The notes under the pieces were generated by a model that ran no database searches, was not told the DNA's origin, and was given only the letters and a program-made list of their open reading frames with translations. Of a DNA stretch of 64,000 nt, positions 27,927 through 42,149 are shown piece after piece (position 1 is the first letter of the stretch; each line of letters starts with the position of its first letter). The stretch spans positions 102,424,001-102,488,000 of the forward strand of contig NC_042998.1 of the NCBI RefSeq assembly GCF_006345805.1. The letters are read 5' to 3'. The stretch is from Octopus sinensis (Eukaryota). The position numbers and the translations under genes were made by a program.

Positions 27927-28980
27927 CTTCATCAAAATTTTTGAAAATTTTTATGAAATTTTTCATCAGATTTTTTGAAAATTATTTTGAAAATTTTCTT
28001 CAAAATTTCTGAAAATTTTTTGAAAATCTTCATCAAAATTTTTAGAAACTTTTTTAAAATTTCCATCAAAATTTTTGTCACCTTTTATAAAAATTTCCAT
28101 CGTAATTTTTGAAAACTATTTTGAAAATTTTCATAAAAATTTTTTAAGCATATTCTGAAAATTTCCATCAAAATTTTTGAAAAGTTTTCAACAAAATTTT
28201 CATCAATATTTTCGAAGAGTTTTTTCAAAAATTTTCATCAACAGCTTTGAAAAATTTTTGTAAATTTGCATCAAAATTTTTGAAAAGTTTCAACAAAATT
28301 TTCCACAATATTTTTGAAAAGTTTTTGAAAATTTTCATCAAAATCTTTAAAAAGATTTTTTGAAAATTTTCATCAAGAATTTTGAAAAGTTTTTTGAAAA
28401 TTTTTTAATTTTCATCAAAGTTTTTGAAAAGTTTTTTGTAAATTTTCCTGAAAATTTTTTTAAATTCTTTGAAAATTTTCATTAATATTTTTGAAATATT
28501 TTTTAAAATTTTCATCAAAACTTTTGAAAAGTTTTTTGAAAATTCTCATCAAAATCTTTGAAAAGTTTTTGAAAATGATCATCAAAAGTTATGAAATATT
28601 TTCTGAAAATTTTCATCAAAATTTTTGAAACCTTTTCTGAAAATTCTCTTCAAACTTTCAGAAAAGTTTTTTGAAATTTTTCATCAAAATTTTTAAAAAC
28701 CTTTTTGAAAATTTTCATCAAAATTTAAAAAATCTTTTTTGAAAATTTTCCTCAAAATTTTTGAAAACTGTTTTGAAAATTTTCCTCAAAATCTCTGAAA
28801 ACTTTTTTGAATATTTTCATCAAAATTTTTGAAAAGTTCTTTTAAAATTTTCATCGAAATGTTCGAAAAGTTTTTTGAAAATTTTCACCAAACTTTTTGA
28901 AAAGTTTTCTGAAAATTTTCGTCAAAATTTTTGAAAAGTTTTTAAAAATTATTATCAAAGTCTTTGAAAGTTCTTCGAAA
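27926..28980 (+). repeat. AT-rich minisatellite, ~33-34-bp unit
   Basis: Tandem imperfect copies of TTTTCATCAAAATTTTTGAAAAGTTTTTTGAAAA. Confidence 0.9.
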
Positions 28981-31025
28981 ACAACGAGATGAGTACTTGC
29001 AGGAAGGTGCAGTACCCTGCTGGATGACAAAGGAAAAGACATTGTTGTATTCCAAGGATCCTGAAAAAGGAAATGTAGCATCCAACTTTAGACCAATAAC
29101 ATGAATTCCGGTAATGTGGAAACTAATGTCAGGTGCTGTGACTGTTGTGCTGTACAGATACTTGGAAAATGTGGCCTGCTACCCAACGAACTGAAGGGTT
29201 GCCGAAAGAGGCGTCGATGAACGGAAGATCAGCTCTTAATTCATAATCTAATTATAAGGAACTGCAAGAGAAGATATATAAATCTGAGCATGGCATAGGT
29301 TGACTATCGCAATGCGTACGATATGATACCACACTCCTGGATAATAAGAACAATGTAAATGTATGGAGTAGCAGAGAATATGAGAAGCCTTGTACGGAAT
29401 AGCATGAAATGCTGGAGAACGGAATTGACAGCAAGGAAGCAAGTACTAGGAGAGGTGAAAATCAAGAAAGTATCTTCCGGTGGGACAGTGTTTTCCCACT
29501 GATATTCGTACTGGGAATGACTCGCTTGAGTGAAATACTGCAGAAAACAAAGTTGGGGTATGATCAGGTGAGAGGTAAGGGCAAAATAATCACTTAATAT
29601 TCATGGACGACATGAATCTATTCACAAAACTGAAGCAGAAGTGGACAGCCTAGTCCTGTCTGTGTTGATTGTCTCCAATGATATTAAGATGGTGTTTGGA
29701 CTCTCAAAATATACTTCCGTAGTGATGACACGAGGAAAGCTTGACAGGACAGAAGGCATATGTTTACCAAGTGGTGAAATGATGAAAGCAATTCAACCAC
29801 AATTCAGCTATAAATACCTGGCGAGGAAAAGAAAAAGAAATAGTGCCGCCTGCGGCGATTGAGAAAAGTACTGGCTTCATAGCTGAATGCCAGAAACATA
29901 AGTTCGACAATAAACTCGCGTGCAGTTGCAGTAGTGCGGCATGGTGCTGGAATCCTGACGTGGACAGGGGTGGAGTTAAAGGAGATGGATAGGAAGTAAA
30001 GTTCCTAACGATGCATGGAGCCTGTCATTTACTGGTCGCCTATACATGAAGAGAGCAAACGGAGAAAGAGGACTCATAAATTTGGAAGACTGCGAGCGCA
30101 TCGAACTCGAGAGCTTGATGAGATACCTAGCCCAAAGTAAAGAAACTTTGCTAATGACAGTTAGGAACGAGGGAATATTGAAAACAGAGAAAATAGGGAA
30201 TACAAAGGAAGAAGTACAAAAAAAGGACATTAAGTATTGCGCAAGAAGAGACTACATAATCAATTCTATATAGCCAAAACAGAAGTTTCTGGAAAAAATA
30301 GGTGGGATTAGCTGATGAAAGGAACAATAACAATGGGACTGAGAGCACTATACTGGAGCGTTAGACCAAGTTTTGGCCAGGAATTGGAGGGTCACCCTGA
30401 AGAATGAGCAAGTGTCCCCGCTTTGCTGCATCTGCAATAGAGTGGATGATAGCATTGTCAAGTCACGAAGGAATGCCCTAGACTTGCCCGAAACCATGAC
30501 AAAGTGTGTTGACGCGACTAGGTAGCGAAAGTGCTCCATTGGAAAGTATGCAAAAAGTGGGGGCTAAAGAGAGCCAATACGTGGTTTGAGCATAAGCCGT
30601 AAGGAGTGGAGGAGTCGGAGTCTCTATTAGAACATAACATACTAGACCTAGTAGTGGGGGACAAGGTGCACCACATGTTTTATAGTTGATGTTGTATGCA
30701 CCTTTGACCCATGAATAGTCAAGAAAGAAGGCGAAAAGATACAGCCCTCTTAAGTACGAAGTAGCCCGGCTATGGATAATGAACAACGTGAAGAGCGTGC
30801 CAATTACTGTTGGGTCCTTGCGAACAGTATTAGAAGGCATCAAAGGGAATATAAAGAAAATTGGAATAAAGTGTCCAGTAGAACTGATACAAAATATTTA
30901 TCTCCTTGGCACGGTCAGAATAATCAGGAAAGTATTAGATTGCTCTGAAAAGAGCGATTAGCGTGGTACTGTAGGCTACGGGTCTTTGCTATATATGCAA
31001 GGAGTTCCAACAAAACCTGCGAATG
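28981..31025 (+). mobile_element. R4/Dong-type LINE family B (RT to 3' end)
   Basis: KGKDIVVFQ/KDPEKGNVASNFRPIT, DYRNAYDMIPHSWI, FRWDSVFPLIFV, IFMDDMNL, YKYL, LYMKRANGERGL; tail caaaacctg followed by long (TAA)n; colinear with 16495-17530. Confidence 0.85.
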
Positions 31026-31054
31026 ATGATGATGATGATAATAATAACAATAAC

Positions 31055-31102
<48 letters not shown>

Positions 31103-31114
31103 TAGAATAATAAC

Positions 31115-31180
<66 letters not shown>

Positions 31181-31269
31181 CCCTGCATAGCCAGTTTTGA
31201 ATAGCTACTGAAGACGTTTGTGGAACAAAATCCATGGCTTAGTTAAAAAAAAAGGGGGGCAGTTAAAAA

Positions 31270-31840
31270 AAAGAGTGCCTAAGTCTACCAGCACAAGATC
31301 AAGGGATAAAAACAAACAACTTGAGAAAAATTATATAGAAAGACAATATGACAGAAAAATGTAGAGCTTGTGGTACGAGATCGTTTCTTGTAATATTCTC
31401 TGTAACATCAGACTGTTCACAAATTGCATAAACAGCGCATCTATCAAGAACTGTGTCCGAAAAAGTGCATTAATGTGGTCAAATATAACTACAAACCACA
31501 AATATAGAGAATACTAATGATGAAATCTTCTGGGGCTGTAACATATCAACTGACTATGTTTATAAATACAGAGAGCTAGATAATTTTGTCCTTTACAAGT
31601 GAGATTGTTGATATCGTAATCCTGAGGGACAAGAATATAAAAATTAAAGAGGAAGAGAACGTGTCCAACTAGAGGAGACCTGAAAAATTTATAGAATATA
31701 AAGGAAGTACGTAAAATTTTAAATGTTGGTGCGTTCACAATGATAGCTACAAATCTCAAATCTTGGTTAGATGAGCTATAATTCAAAAGCTGTTTGGAAC
31801 TACTACAGGGAAGTACGTTGTTTGTATTAATGATTATAAG
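31270..31840 (+). mobile_element. Very decayed REL-LINE 3' remnant
   Basis: gcacaagatcaaggg, tgtagagcttgt, atcttctgggg, gttgatatcgtaatc, aatgttggtgcg motifs occur in the expected order. Confidence 0.5.
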
Positions 31841-31842
31841 AG

Positions 31843-32813
31843 TTTGCCTTTGAACGGCAGATCGAGAAATTAATATTTTGTAACTAAGTACTTTCAAACT
31901 TCGGACACTGATAGAATGTGTCATATAAAACATCTTTTAATCTTAGTGTTGTTGAGAGAAGTTTGTATTTTAATAGGAATTTTGTATTAAAGTTGTCGTG
32001 TTTCGGTAATTTCAAACAATGACGTGTATTCAGCTAAATAGAATTACTGGTGTTGTTTGTCAACAACGTCCGGCGGTGTATATTGCGTTTGTTACTGTTA
32101 GTTATGACATATTTAATCTCAGTTACGTTGTTATGAATAAACGGCTGTATCTGAAGCATGTTTACTTCATGTCACTACCACAATTGTTCATGCATTTCTA
32201 CTGCTTTTAGTCTTTTGTCTGTTTTTCAGCTATTTTTGGAAAGACGTTTTTGCACCCCCACTACCCCTACCCCTCCAATTTCTTCATTTTTCACTTTTTT
32301 TCCGCAACTCTAACCCTAAAATCCTAACCCTAACTTTAAAACCCCAACCCTAACCTAAAAACCCCAAACCTAAGCATAACTCTAAAACCCTAACCCTAAA
32401 GCCATAACCATAACCTTAAAGCCATAACCTTAACCCTAACCCTAAATCCCTAACCCTAATCCTAAAGCCCTTACCCTAACCCTAACTCTAAAACCATAAC
32501 CTTACCCCTTAAACCCTAAAACTAAAACCAGTACAAGCGCACGAATATGTCATAAATAACAGTGACACACGAAATATACACCGCTGATATTTCAAACAAC
32601 GGCAGTGATTTTATTAATCTGAATACACGTTATTGATTAGTTGAAATTATCGAAATACGACTACTTTAACACGAAATAAATTAGGAAATATAAACTTTTC
32701 TCAACAATACTAAGAGTTAAAGATGTTTTATACGACACATTCTACCAGTGTCCGAAGTCTGAAAGTATTTAGTTACAAAAAATTAATTTCCCAATTTGCC
32801 GTTCAAAGGGAAA
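31843..32813. mobile_element. Non-autonomous long-TIR (MITE/foldback) element with internal telomere-like repeats
   Basis: Arms of ~270 bp (31843-32113 and 32544-32813) are diverged reverse complements; termini gcctttgaacggc / gccgttcaaaggg. Confidence 0.85.
32309..32530 (+). repeat. Degenerate (TAACCC)n telomere-like array
   Basis: taaccctaaaatcctaaccctaac...cctaaccctaaatccctaaccctaat; variants of the TTAGGG complement. Confidence 0.85.
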
Positions 32814-35800
32814 AGATCCTAAGAGTCTTTCAATCATGAGGCTCCTTAGAGTAGATTTCACTCAAGTTGAAATTATTCTGGTACAACAGACTCACAGCCA
32901 GATAACAGAGAAATAATATTCATTAAATATTTGTACTTTTCACCTTTGTCTTCTATATCCTGAGGTCTTATTGCTCTTCCTGTTTTTGTTTCCTCATTTT
33001 TTTCTTCGTAAATATCAATTCCTTCACTTCCTTTTCTTTTGTTAACGGTGTAATATCCGTTAATTATTCATTGCCATTTATACTCCTAATTGAATTTCCT
33101 ACAATTTCGAATTTTATCGTAATCGAATTTTATCGTTTTGTGTCAATAAAACTGGATCGCAGCAAATACAACATTCATTCAGAAATAAACATTTAAATAA
33201 TCATTGACGCCTTCGTTATATTAGTGTGTTCGAAATAAAATATGTCAGTGTTCATCAGTTTAAAGGAAGATGGTTGTAAGATCATTTCTAGATGTATGTC
33301 CGTAGGCGCTGCGGGACTTTGCTTCTCTTTCGTCCGTATAGTGTCCAAGCTACTAGCTTGCCTCCTATTTAAGTACAGGTCGCATAAGACATATAATCAT
33401 TGTAATCATTGTTTTATTGACACGTTATCTGTCGCTATAGTTTGTTGGGGAAATGCTTATCTAGGAGTATTATTTAAAAAGAATATTGACTTTGAGAGTA
33501 AGAGGCTGGAATCTATGAAATTCTTGCATAACTTAATCCATTTTCTGCTAACAATCTCTTCTCGTAAATATCTAAATTCACGAAATGCTATTTGTTAGGA
33601 GAAAGACATCTGGAAAGTAAATATTAGTTAAATTAATATCTACAGTAATATTTACTCCCATATTGTTTCTACCGTTGCGAAATATGTGGCCATGACAGTC
33701 CAGTGGAATACCAACTGCCTCCTCCTAGCACAATCCTATATTTTAATAAGGGAATTTCTTTTAAGACTCTGTAATACGCACATGCCGATTAGATTATCAC
33801 TACTATCCAATGAGGTTATTGTCACGTTAAATATATCATTGGGTTCAGTATTCCTGCCCTAATTCTGTGAGCATTGTTTGAAAAGGCAACATTTTCCGCT
33901 TCATAGCTTTCATCAGATTTAAATGAGGAAGATGACAAATAAGTAGCCAGATAGCATAATCTGTTGAGCAAGTTAAGACTGAAGCGTTAGTGGGATATAA
34001 ATGGAGTAGCGAAATAGAAAGGCAAAGAGAGGAAGTGAAGGAAGGAAGATGGAAATCTAAACAAGGAAAAAATACAATGTCACCTGGCAACAAATGCAGC
34101 TGCTTTCCAAGCAATTATTGTAGCTCAAATACTTTTAGAAATATGAAAACTGATTACAAGTAAAAACAATTATTTACCGAAGAAATCAAGAGCACGTACA
34201 TGTCTAGATTAAACATTACTAAGAAAGTGAGGGAAAAAAACAATATAATATAATGTAACATAAAATTTGTGAGCGAGCAACTTCCTAACTTGAAACTGAA
34301 TCAATCTTCTGTAATACAAGATATTTACAATAGAGGGGGAACTAACTACATTATTTCTTTGAAAACCATCAGAAAGGAATACAGAACTTAAAATATATGA
34401 CAATGTATCAAACTGAAGGAGCAAGAATAGAAATGAATTGTGTTGGGAAGTTGCTGACTAGAGTTTTTAAGAGTGTTCCAAAGATGTGGCAATGAAAAGG
34501 TGATATTACTATTTATTCAAAAGTAGTATGAATGGAATTTATACAGCAGCATATCTCTAAGCAATACTGTGTAAGCTATTGTATATATTGAAAGGCTATC
34601 AATGTCTTCCTTCTCCTTTTGTCGTCTTCTGAAAAGATCTCATTTATCAGCTCTTGTCCTTTATAATCACATCTAATCTTCCATCATCCCTTCTGATCCC
34701 TTGGCAATCTGTTATTACTGTGTAGATAACTAACCAGAAAGATGAGGAGTATGAGCTTTGTATATTCTTTCCGAAAACGCTACCGGCTAATAGACATCTG
34801 GGCATTTAATATATTTGATTTTTGAATGGATTTTCTGTTTCCCTATGTCATCTCCCATACCTTTGAAAAATGTCGTCAAACAATCATGACTATTATTCTG
34901 GTGTTTCATAGAAATTGTCAACATTCTCAACTCTATGGTTGTTTTGCAGACAATTCTGAATGTGTTGGGCATTGTGGAACATGCCTGTGATGACATTTTC
35001 CCTAACATTTTATTCTACTATGCATATTTATTATGCTGAATATTTTTGTTCAATATTCTTTTACAGTATTCTTAATTGTCCGTTAAAGTTGATGGCGGAG
35101 CTTGTGTTTCATTTGTGTATTTTCTTTTTCAATGTTGCTGTAAAATCTGCTTATAATTTATCCATATACTGCGTTCTTCTGCGAAATGTGTACTGTTTTT
35201 TGTCATGCTTTTGTTAGTAAATGTTGCGTAAGATTCTCATATGCCACCAGCATGTTTATATTGATATGAATACTATTCGTGTTTCCTCCCGTGTCCATCC
35301 TTTGTGTTATGCTTTTCATGTTGCGTCCTTCGTGTTTTATTTCCCTTTATATGAATGTTTTTCCTAGTTGAAAAATATATTTAATATCTTCACATTCACT
35401 TTTAATAAGAATGATGAGAGTTCGATGATATTTATAATTAATCCCTGTTCCTTCAAATTCGTGAGAATCTTCACTCAGCAAATATCTTAATGAACGTCTC
35501 TCATGCAAATGAAAAGAAAACGCACAAATGTCTCAACTTCCGTTCAGTCCGTGCAATAAAAACCTGTCCTAATAAAATCTATACACAGGAACGTGTTTCC
35601 TGAGTATACTGAATCTAGAGGTTCCATAGCAGAGACTGTAATAAACAAGGGGTATCTCGTTTAGTATGCTTTACAGGAAATGGAGATATCTTCTGCAGAC
35701 AATGCCACTATAAATCGGCAAAGTGCACGGAGATCGAGGTATGTAACTGCGCTCAAAAGCAATATGATGACAGCTTACAATCTGCACAATTAGAGATAAG

Positions 35801-37070
35801 ATCATGCATATGTCAGCTTAGTGGGTTACCAGATACAGAACCCGATTAAGTTGCATGGAGACTGAGTCGTTCTGTAAATTCAAACAATTTTCCTGTCTAT
35901 AACTAAGAGAGAGAGAGAAGAGGATTGTTGGCAAAATAAGTATCATCGTAGGATTAAACAGAGGTTGCGAGTGCATCAAATGATGTATAATTTCCTGACT
36001 AACTTGCGCCGCTACAGGTTTTTTTCTGGCCGTATTTGAAGGCCTGCAGCTTCAGCTTTTGTGGATGGGAAGTATTCAACTCGCACACGTCTGAGAGCTT
36101 TCACCAACCCCCTTTTTTCTGTTGGCCACACACGTTTTGTACAGTTCATCTTTTAGATGGATATACATTCTGGGGAAGTGTCACAGGTAAAATTAGTTAC
36201 CTGGTGTCTGAGATATCTTTTAGTGCTAACAACGCTTTATCAGTAGCGTAGAATAGTCTGGAGAATTTCCACAATAGCATTCTAACGGAACTCGTTGTGG
36301 AGAAATGTGACGACATTTTTAGTTATATGCTAACGAGAAACAACAGGCTAGATTGCTCTAGAGTTTCGATCTGATAGATGTGAGAAAATTGCAGAACATT
36401 GTCACCTGGCAGTACTACGGAGGAACCGTACCAGTTCCGAAAAATCTGGTTCAGAAGTGTCATCAGCTGAGGTTTTCGAGATAAGCGCAATGATACGAAA
36501 CTGTTCTGTATATTTACATTTATTTTCCGGGTATAAATGATTTGTAGAGTTTTCTATTTTAGATATGTCCTGCGTAGAACGGAACCACTTTCCTTGTGCA
36601 CTGAGATTCTTGACAGTTTTCTTCTGAATGATGTCAATGATGATAAAAAATTTGTGTAAAAAGCTGTCTTTCTAATTTCACGTAGAGATGACAGTGTGTG
36701 TAGACGGCAAAATGTTGCGGAATAAATTTATCAAAACTAGAAAGGAACAGTGAATATGGAACTTTTGAATTCTTCTACACTCAACACTCGTAGGTCGGTT
36801 AAAGAGAGCTTGGAGATCCAACTTAACCATTAAAAGTCAATAGAATAGAGGACTGAGAGGTTCTTTGATAGATCCTCTGTGTTTGTTAATCTTACTCTAA
36901 TACTTAACATTTTTCAATTTCATCTTCGTTGTCTCATTTATCTCATTGTAAATATACAGATTTTCTATAATGTGTTTATATATTGTTTCCTCCGTCGTTT
37001 TAGAAGCAATTCAATAAAAAATTCAACTTAGAAAATGTCTCAGTTTTCATAATGCAAGACACTATTAAAC

Positions 37071-37867
37071 ATATATATTTATATTAGGCTCCAGAAGTGT
37101 TAGATATTTGATAATGCACAAATATATACTCAATTGTAAATTCTAATTCAACGCTTACAAATACAATCACCAATTGCACATACACTCTATGTAGCAGCAG
37201 CAGCAGCAGCAGCAATAATGTCTGAAGACAAACAAAAAAAAGAGAACTGTCATTCTGTATCAATTAGTCTGTAGGTTATGGAAGCATATTACATTCTACT
37301 ATGACATTTTAATACTATATGCTTGTGAACGGAAAGTACAATATTACATTTGTACTGTCACATTTCAATGAAGGTTAGTCCATTGTTGTGTAAATATTTG
37401 TAGGGTAAATGAATTCAGAATATTTGACCTATAATTCTGTAGTTGCACAAATTTGTTATTCAACAAATATATGTGACAAAGTGTATATTTACTGAACATT
37501 CGTCCATAATAGTTCGCGTTTGTGATCTGGATTCCCTCAGACTTAAACTTGTTTCTCATAAACGTTGCAAACATTGAAGTATACTTTTAGAGTACAGATT
37601 TAAGGAATTCCACTTTCAATGCTTCTTGTAGTAAATAGGGAATTGTCTATGGAATACTTACTAGTAAATTGCTTCGTAAGTAATAGTTCTTAGTGTTATC
37701 TTAAATCTGTAACTCCCCCACACATACAAATATAGATAAAATAAACAAAATAACAATGCAATGAATTATCCGTTCTCTTCTACCACAGAATTTAGCATTT
37801 ATGTATTTACTCTTATATAAGTATTACGCTTATATATATGTATTTATATATAGTATTTATGTATTTA

Positions 37868-37909
<42 letters not shown>

Positions 37910-38697
37910 TATATTAGGCTCCAGAAGTGTTAGATATTTGATAATGCACAAATATATACTCAATTGTAAATTCTAATTCAACGCTTACAAATACAATCAC
38001 CAATTGCACATACACTCTATGTAGCAGCAGCAGCAGCAGCAGCAATAATGTCTGAAGACAAACAAAAAAAAGAGAACTGTCATTCTGTATCAATTAGTCT
38101 GTAGGTTATGGAAGCATATTACATTCTACTATGACATTTTAATACTATATGCTTGTGAACGGAAAGTACAATATTACATTTGTACTGTCACATTTCAATG
38201 AAGGTTAGTCCATTGTTGTGTAAATAATTGTAGGGTAAATGAATTCAGAATATTTGACCTATAATTCTGTAGTTGCACAAATTTGTTATTCAACAAATAT
38301 ATGTGACAAAGTGTATATTTACTGAACATTCGTCCATAATAGTTCGCGTTTGTGATCTGGATTCCCTCAGACTTAAACTTGTTTCTCATAAACGTTGCAA
38401 ACATTGAAGTATACTTTTAGAGTACAGATTTAAGGAATTCCACTTTCAATGCTTCTTGTAGTAAATAGGGAATTGTCTATGGAATACTTACTAGTAAATT
38501 GCTTCGTAAGTAATAGTTCTTAGTGTTATCTTAAATCTGTAACTCCCCCACACATACAAATATAGATAAAATAAACAAAATAACAATGCAATGAATTATC
38601 CGTTCTCTTCTACCACAGAATTTAGCATTTATGTATTTACTCTTATATAAGTATTACGCTTATATATATGTATTTATATATAGTATTTATGTATTTA

Positions 38698-38732
<35 letters not shown>
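37071..38732 (+). repeat. Tandem duplication, 830-bp period
   Basis: atattaggctccagaagtg starts at 37081 and 37911; only one substitution seen by eye (aaatatttgt vs aaataattgt). Confidence 0.95.
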
Positions 38733-38767
<35 letters not shown>

Positions 38768-39609
38768 TTACTCATATATCAACGTTGTTTTCAAACGTTC
38801 GCAAATCACATCAGCGAATGCTTGAATAGTACTCAGTCTGAGTTTTGATAAAGTAGATGCATATTGTTGTTATCTTTGTGAACATGATTTTGTTCTTAAT
38901 TAATTATTAAACATAATGTATGCAATGCTAAGAACGTTTGTTGGAGCACAATAATTTCTGTTTTCATTTCCTACACTCTCCTTGTTAGTATCTTCATTTA
39001 TATTGGCTAGGAACTATTTTAGTCTAGTGTTCTAGATATTACTTTTTGAAGTCGGTGTCCGAGCTGCACTGTCTTAGGGATTTATTTTAGTGTGAAAACA
39101 GTATTATTGAAAAAAAATAATAGAGACATGCAAATCGCACAAACCAAAAGCAAAAACAAAAAGCAAAATAAAATTCCCGCAACTTGCAACAACCTGAAAT
39201 CGCGAGCAGCGATTTAAAAACACGCTTGAATATGCTTGCATTACATCATAATCATAATAGTTACATATTTCGTCAAAGGGAAGGAGTTTTTGATGGGAGT
39301 GGAGGTCAACTGGTACAATTATATCGAATACGACAGGACAAAACAGCAAAATCGACCTCTGTAGCATTTGATCTCAGACCGTAAAGACATCCAGCATGCT
39401 AAGGATTCTACCAGCTCAATGGCCGACATCATCGTAATCATATTTCTTCCCAATATAGGAAAATATGAAGGCGGAGGTTAGTCTATTACATTGATCACAG
39501 TACTGTACTGGTACTTATTTAATCGAATCACCCAAAAGTGAAAGGTGAAATCGAACTGGATCGGATTTCGACTCGGATGAAATGGTGCAGAGCATTTTGT
39601 CAAGCATGC

Positions 39610-39675
<66 letters not shown>

Positions 39676-39679
39676 GATG

Positions 39680-39710
<31 letters not shown>

Positions 39711-39727
39711 TAATAATAATAATAGTA

Positions 39728-39779
<52 letters not shown>

Positions 39780-39809
39780 TAATAATAATAATAATAACAA
39801 TAATAATAA

Positions 39810-40365
39810 ATGCCCTGATGAAGTACCAGGCAGTGGCTCTCATGGCTTCTGATCTTAACTGATTGGAAGTGTTATCATGTACATTGTTTTGTCTTGGTAT
39901 AAAAGATGGGCTACAGCAAATATTTTGCTCAATACCACAGATTTGCTTGTCAGTTGTTTGACTTTAACCAGTTGAGCATGTCCCTTAGTGGCTGACGATA
40001 TGTGCATCTCTGATCACGAGCAGAAGTAGTGGGGGAGCATCATAGCCATGTGTTGAGAGGGATTCTTTGGAGTTTGAATAGTTCACCTCTGGAAACATGG
40101 GTGGTTCTTTCAACATCCTTAAACAACATTTATTCAGGGACCGTTTGAGCGGGATGGGCTACTCAACCTGAAGAAAATTCTAACTGGGCCCCACCTGCAA
40201 GGTCATGTGCTGTTTATCTTGATATGAGATCACCATGTCGCGCACATATGGTTGTGATGCATGTGCCCGGTGAACCTTTATCAGACGGGTAGTCATGATG
40301 GGTATATTGGGCTTCGTATATTTTACCCCAGTGTCACTTTGATGGCATGCTCTACTCGCTCACTC
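39810..40365 (+). mobile_element. 556-bp element in (TAA)n, copy 3
   Basis: Same termini and length; (TAA)n on both sides. Confidence 0.9.
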
Positions 40366-40402
40366 AATAATAATAATAATAATATTAATAATAATAATAA
40401 TA

Positions 40403-40446
<44 letters not shown>

Positions 40447-40895
40447 TGCCGATACACAAAGATAGAGAAATTAAGGCCAACAGACCAGGTATAGTTGTCA
40501 GAGATCATGAAGAAAAAAATGTTTTCTAATTGATGTATCAATACCGGCAGATGACAACGTGTCTCTAAAAGAAATGGAGAACGTTTCAAAATACAAAGAC
40601 CTAGAAATAGAGGTAACCAGAATGTGGAATCTAAAAACAGAAACAATTCCTATCATAGTAGATGCATTAGGCATGATAAAGAAATATTCAGACAAATACA
40701 TAACTAAAACAGCAGGACTTACAAACACATATAACATACAGAAAATTGCACTACTAGGCACTGCACACACCCTACGCAGAACAGTTTCCATACGATAACC
40801 ATCAGAGCATCACAACAAATCACATCACATACCCAAGGCACACAGAGCGGCGCTCGGTAGTGAAGTGAAAGCACGCTATGAAAATAAAACTACTG
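40447..40895 (+). mobile_element. 5'-truncated R4/Dong-type LINE 3' end inside (TAA)n
   Basis: DREIKANRPGIVV...IDVSIP...KYKDLEIEVTRMW...IPIIVDALG...QKIALLGTAH; 111-bp tail; (TAA)n on both sides. Confidence 0.9.
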
Positions 40896-40926
40896 AATGA
40901 TAATAATAATAATAATAATAATAATA

Positions 40927-40971
<45 letters not shown>

Positions 40972-41699
40972 TGATAATAATAGGACATTATCTGTGGTCA
41001 TGATTTGCCTATGTTATTCAAGCTTAGATTGAAGATGCCTTATATATTGTTATTTGACCAAATATATTTCAGTTTTTAAGCTTATTCTTCAAGAAACGAG
41101 GGTAGGGAGCCTTTCGCTTGCGAGGGAAACGTGAATTAGTTGTCACTTTGCCTGCTTTTGATGAATTATCTGGATAAGAAACGAGATTCTTACAACATAT
41201 AATTTTCTGACAAATATGAATATAAATGTTCTCAGTCCATGCATAACAATTAGATTGGCTACCATTTATGAAACAATTTTTTGCTTCCATCCATCCACTT
41301 CTCACTCGATAATATTTGTCTCTATGTGAATGACAGCAATAATGTTATCGTTGTTGTTATTATTGCTCTGATATGCTTTTTTTTGCCATCATCGTCGCCA
41401 ACGAGCAAATTTTCGGAAGCAGTATGACGATTGGTTTCTTTTTATATTCTGTTTGAAAAGTGTGTGTTCGTTTTATTATATTTTCTTCATGTTCTATAAG
41501 TTTGCAGTTTGCGTGATGAATATTTAATTTAGCTGTCTATGTTTTCATTTGTATATCCTTAGTTAATGATTATGTTTGTTTGTCGAGTTTTGGTCTGTTT
41601 ATTTTTAAAGATTAATTTTCTTGTTATCGAATCTTTCTTACAAATTGTGTCTTGAAGGAGTGTCTTTATTGCTAGAGATTCACATATAAACATCTGTCA

Positions 41700-42140
41700 T
41701 CGGTCATCTGTCTGGTGGAGGAATGTGACGTGAATATGTTAAACCAGAAAGTAAAATATAATATTGTCTGGAAAATATGTTACACTAGAAAATCGGCATT
41801 CCTGCTTACTGGTAGGAATATCATCCTAAGCCAGTCGTTGCAGTTAAAACTGCCACTATTTCCTGGGTTTTACCGTCAATACCGACAGAACGATCAAGGA
41901 TAGTCGGCCAGACATAATCATTAAAGATGAGGAAGGAATTTGACAAATTAAGTTAATATAAGGACCTGGAAAATGAAATACAAAAGATCTTCAAAAATGG
42001 CATCTTAAAAATGAATGGTTCATGTCATTGTAGTTGCCCTAGGTATGATAAAAAGTGATGTCAGAAAAATTTAGACAACATCCCGGAAGAACTATGTCTC
42101 ATAGTACTGCCCATATCATTAGAAAAACCCTATCAACTTA
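41700..42140 (+). mobile_element. Decayed REL-LINE 3' remnant
   Basis: TDRTIKDSRPDIIIKD, ggacctggaaaatgaaata, VIVVALGMIK, STAHIIRKTL. Confidence 0.7.
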
Positions 42141-42149
42141 AATGCCTGA

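Noticed and set aside
27926-28980. CRISPR-like array
   Set aside because: Contiguous degenerate units with no unique spacers, in eukaryotic context with no cas genes.
32309-32530. True telomere or chromosome fusion site
   Set aside because: Short, degenerate, single orientation and enclosed by transposon-like inverted arms.
33600-36550. Coding-like stretches suggesting old transposons or exons
   Set aside because: No recognisable domain motifs in any frame by eye.
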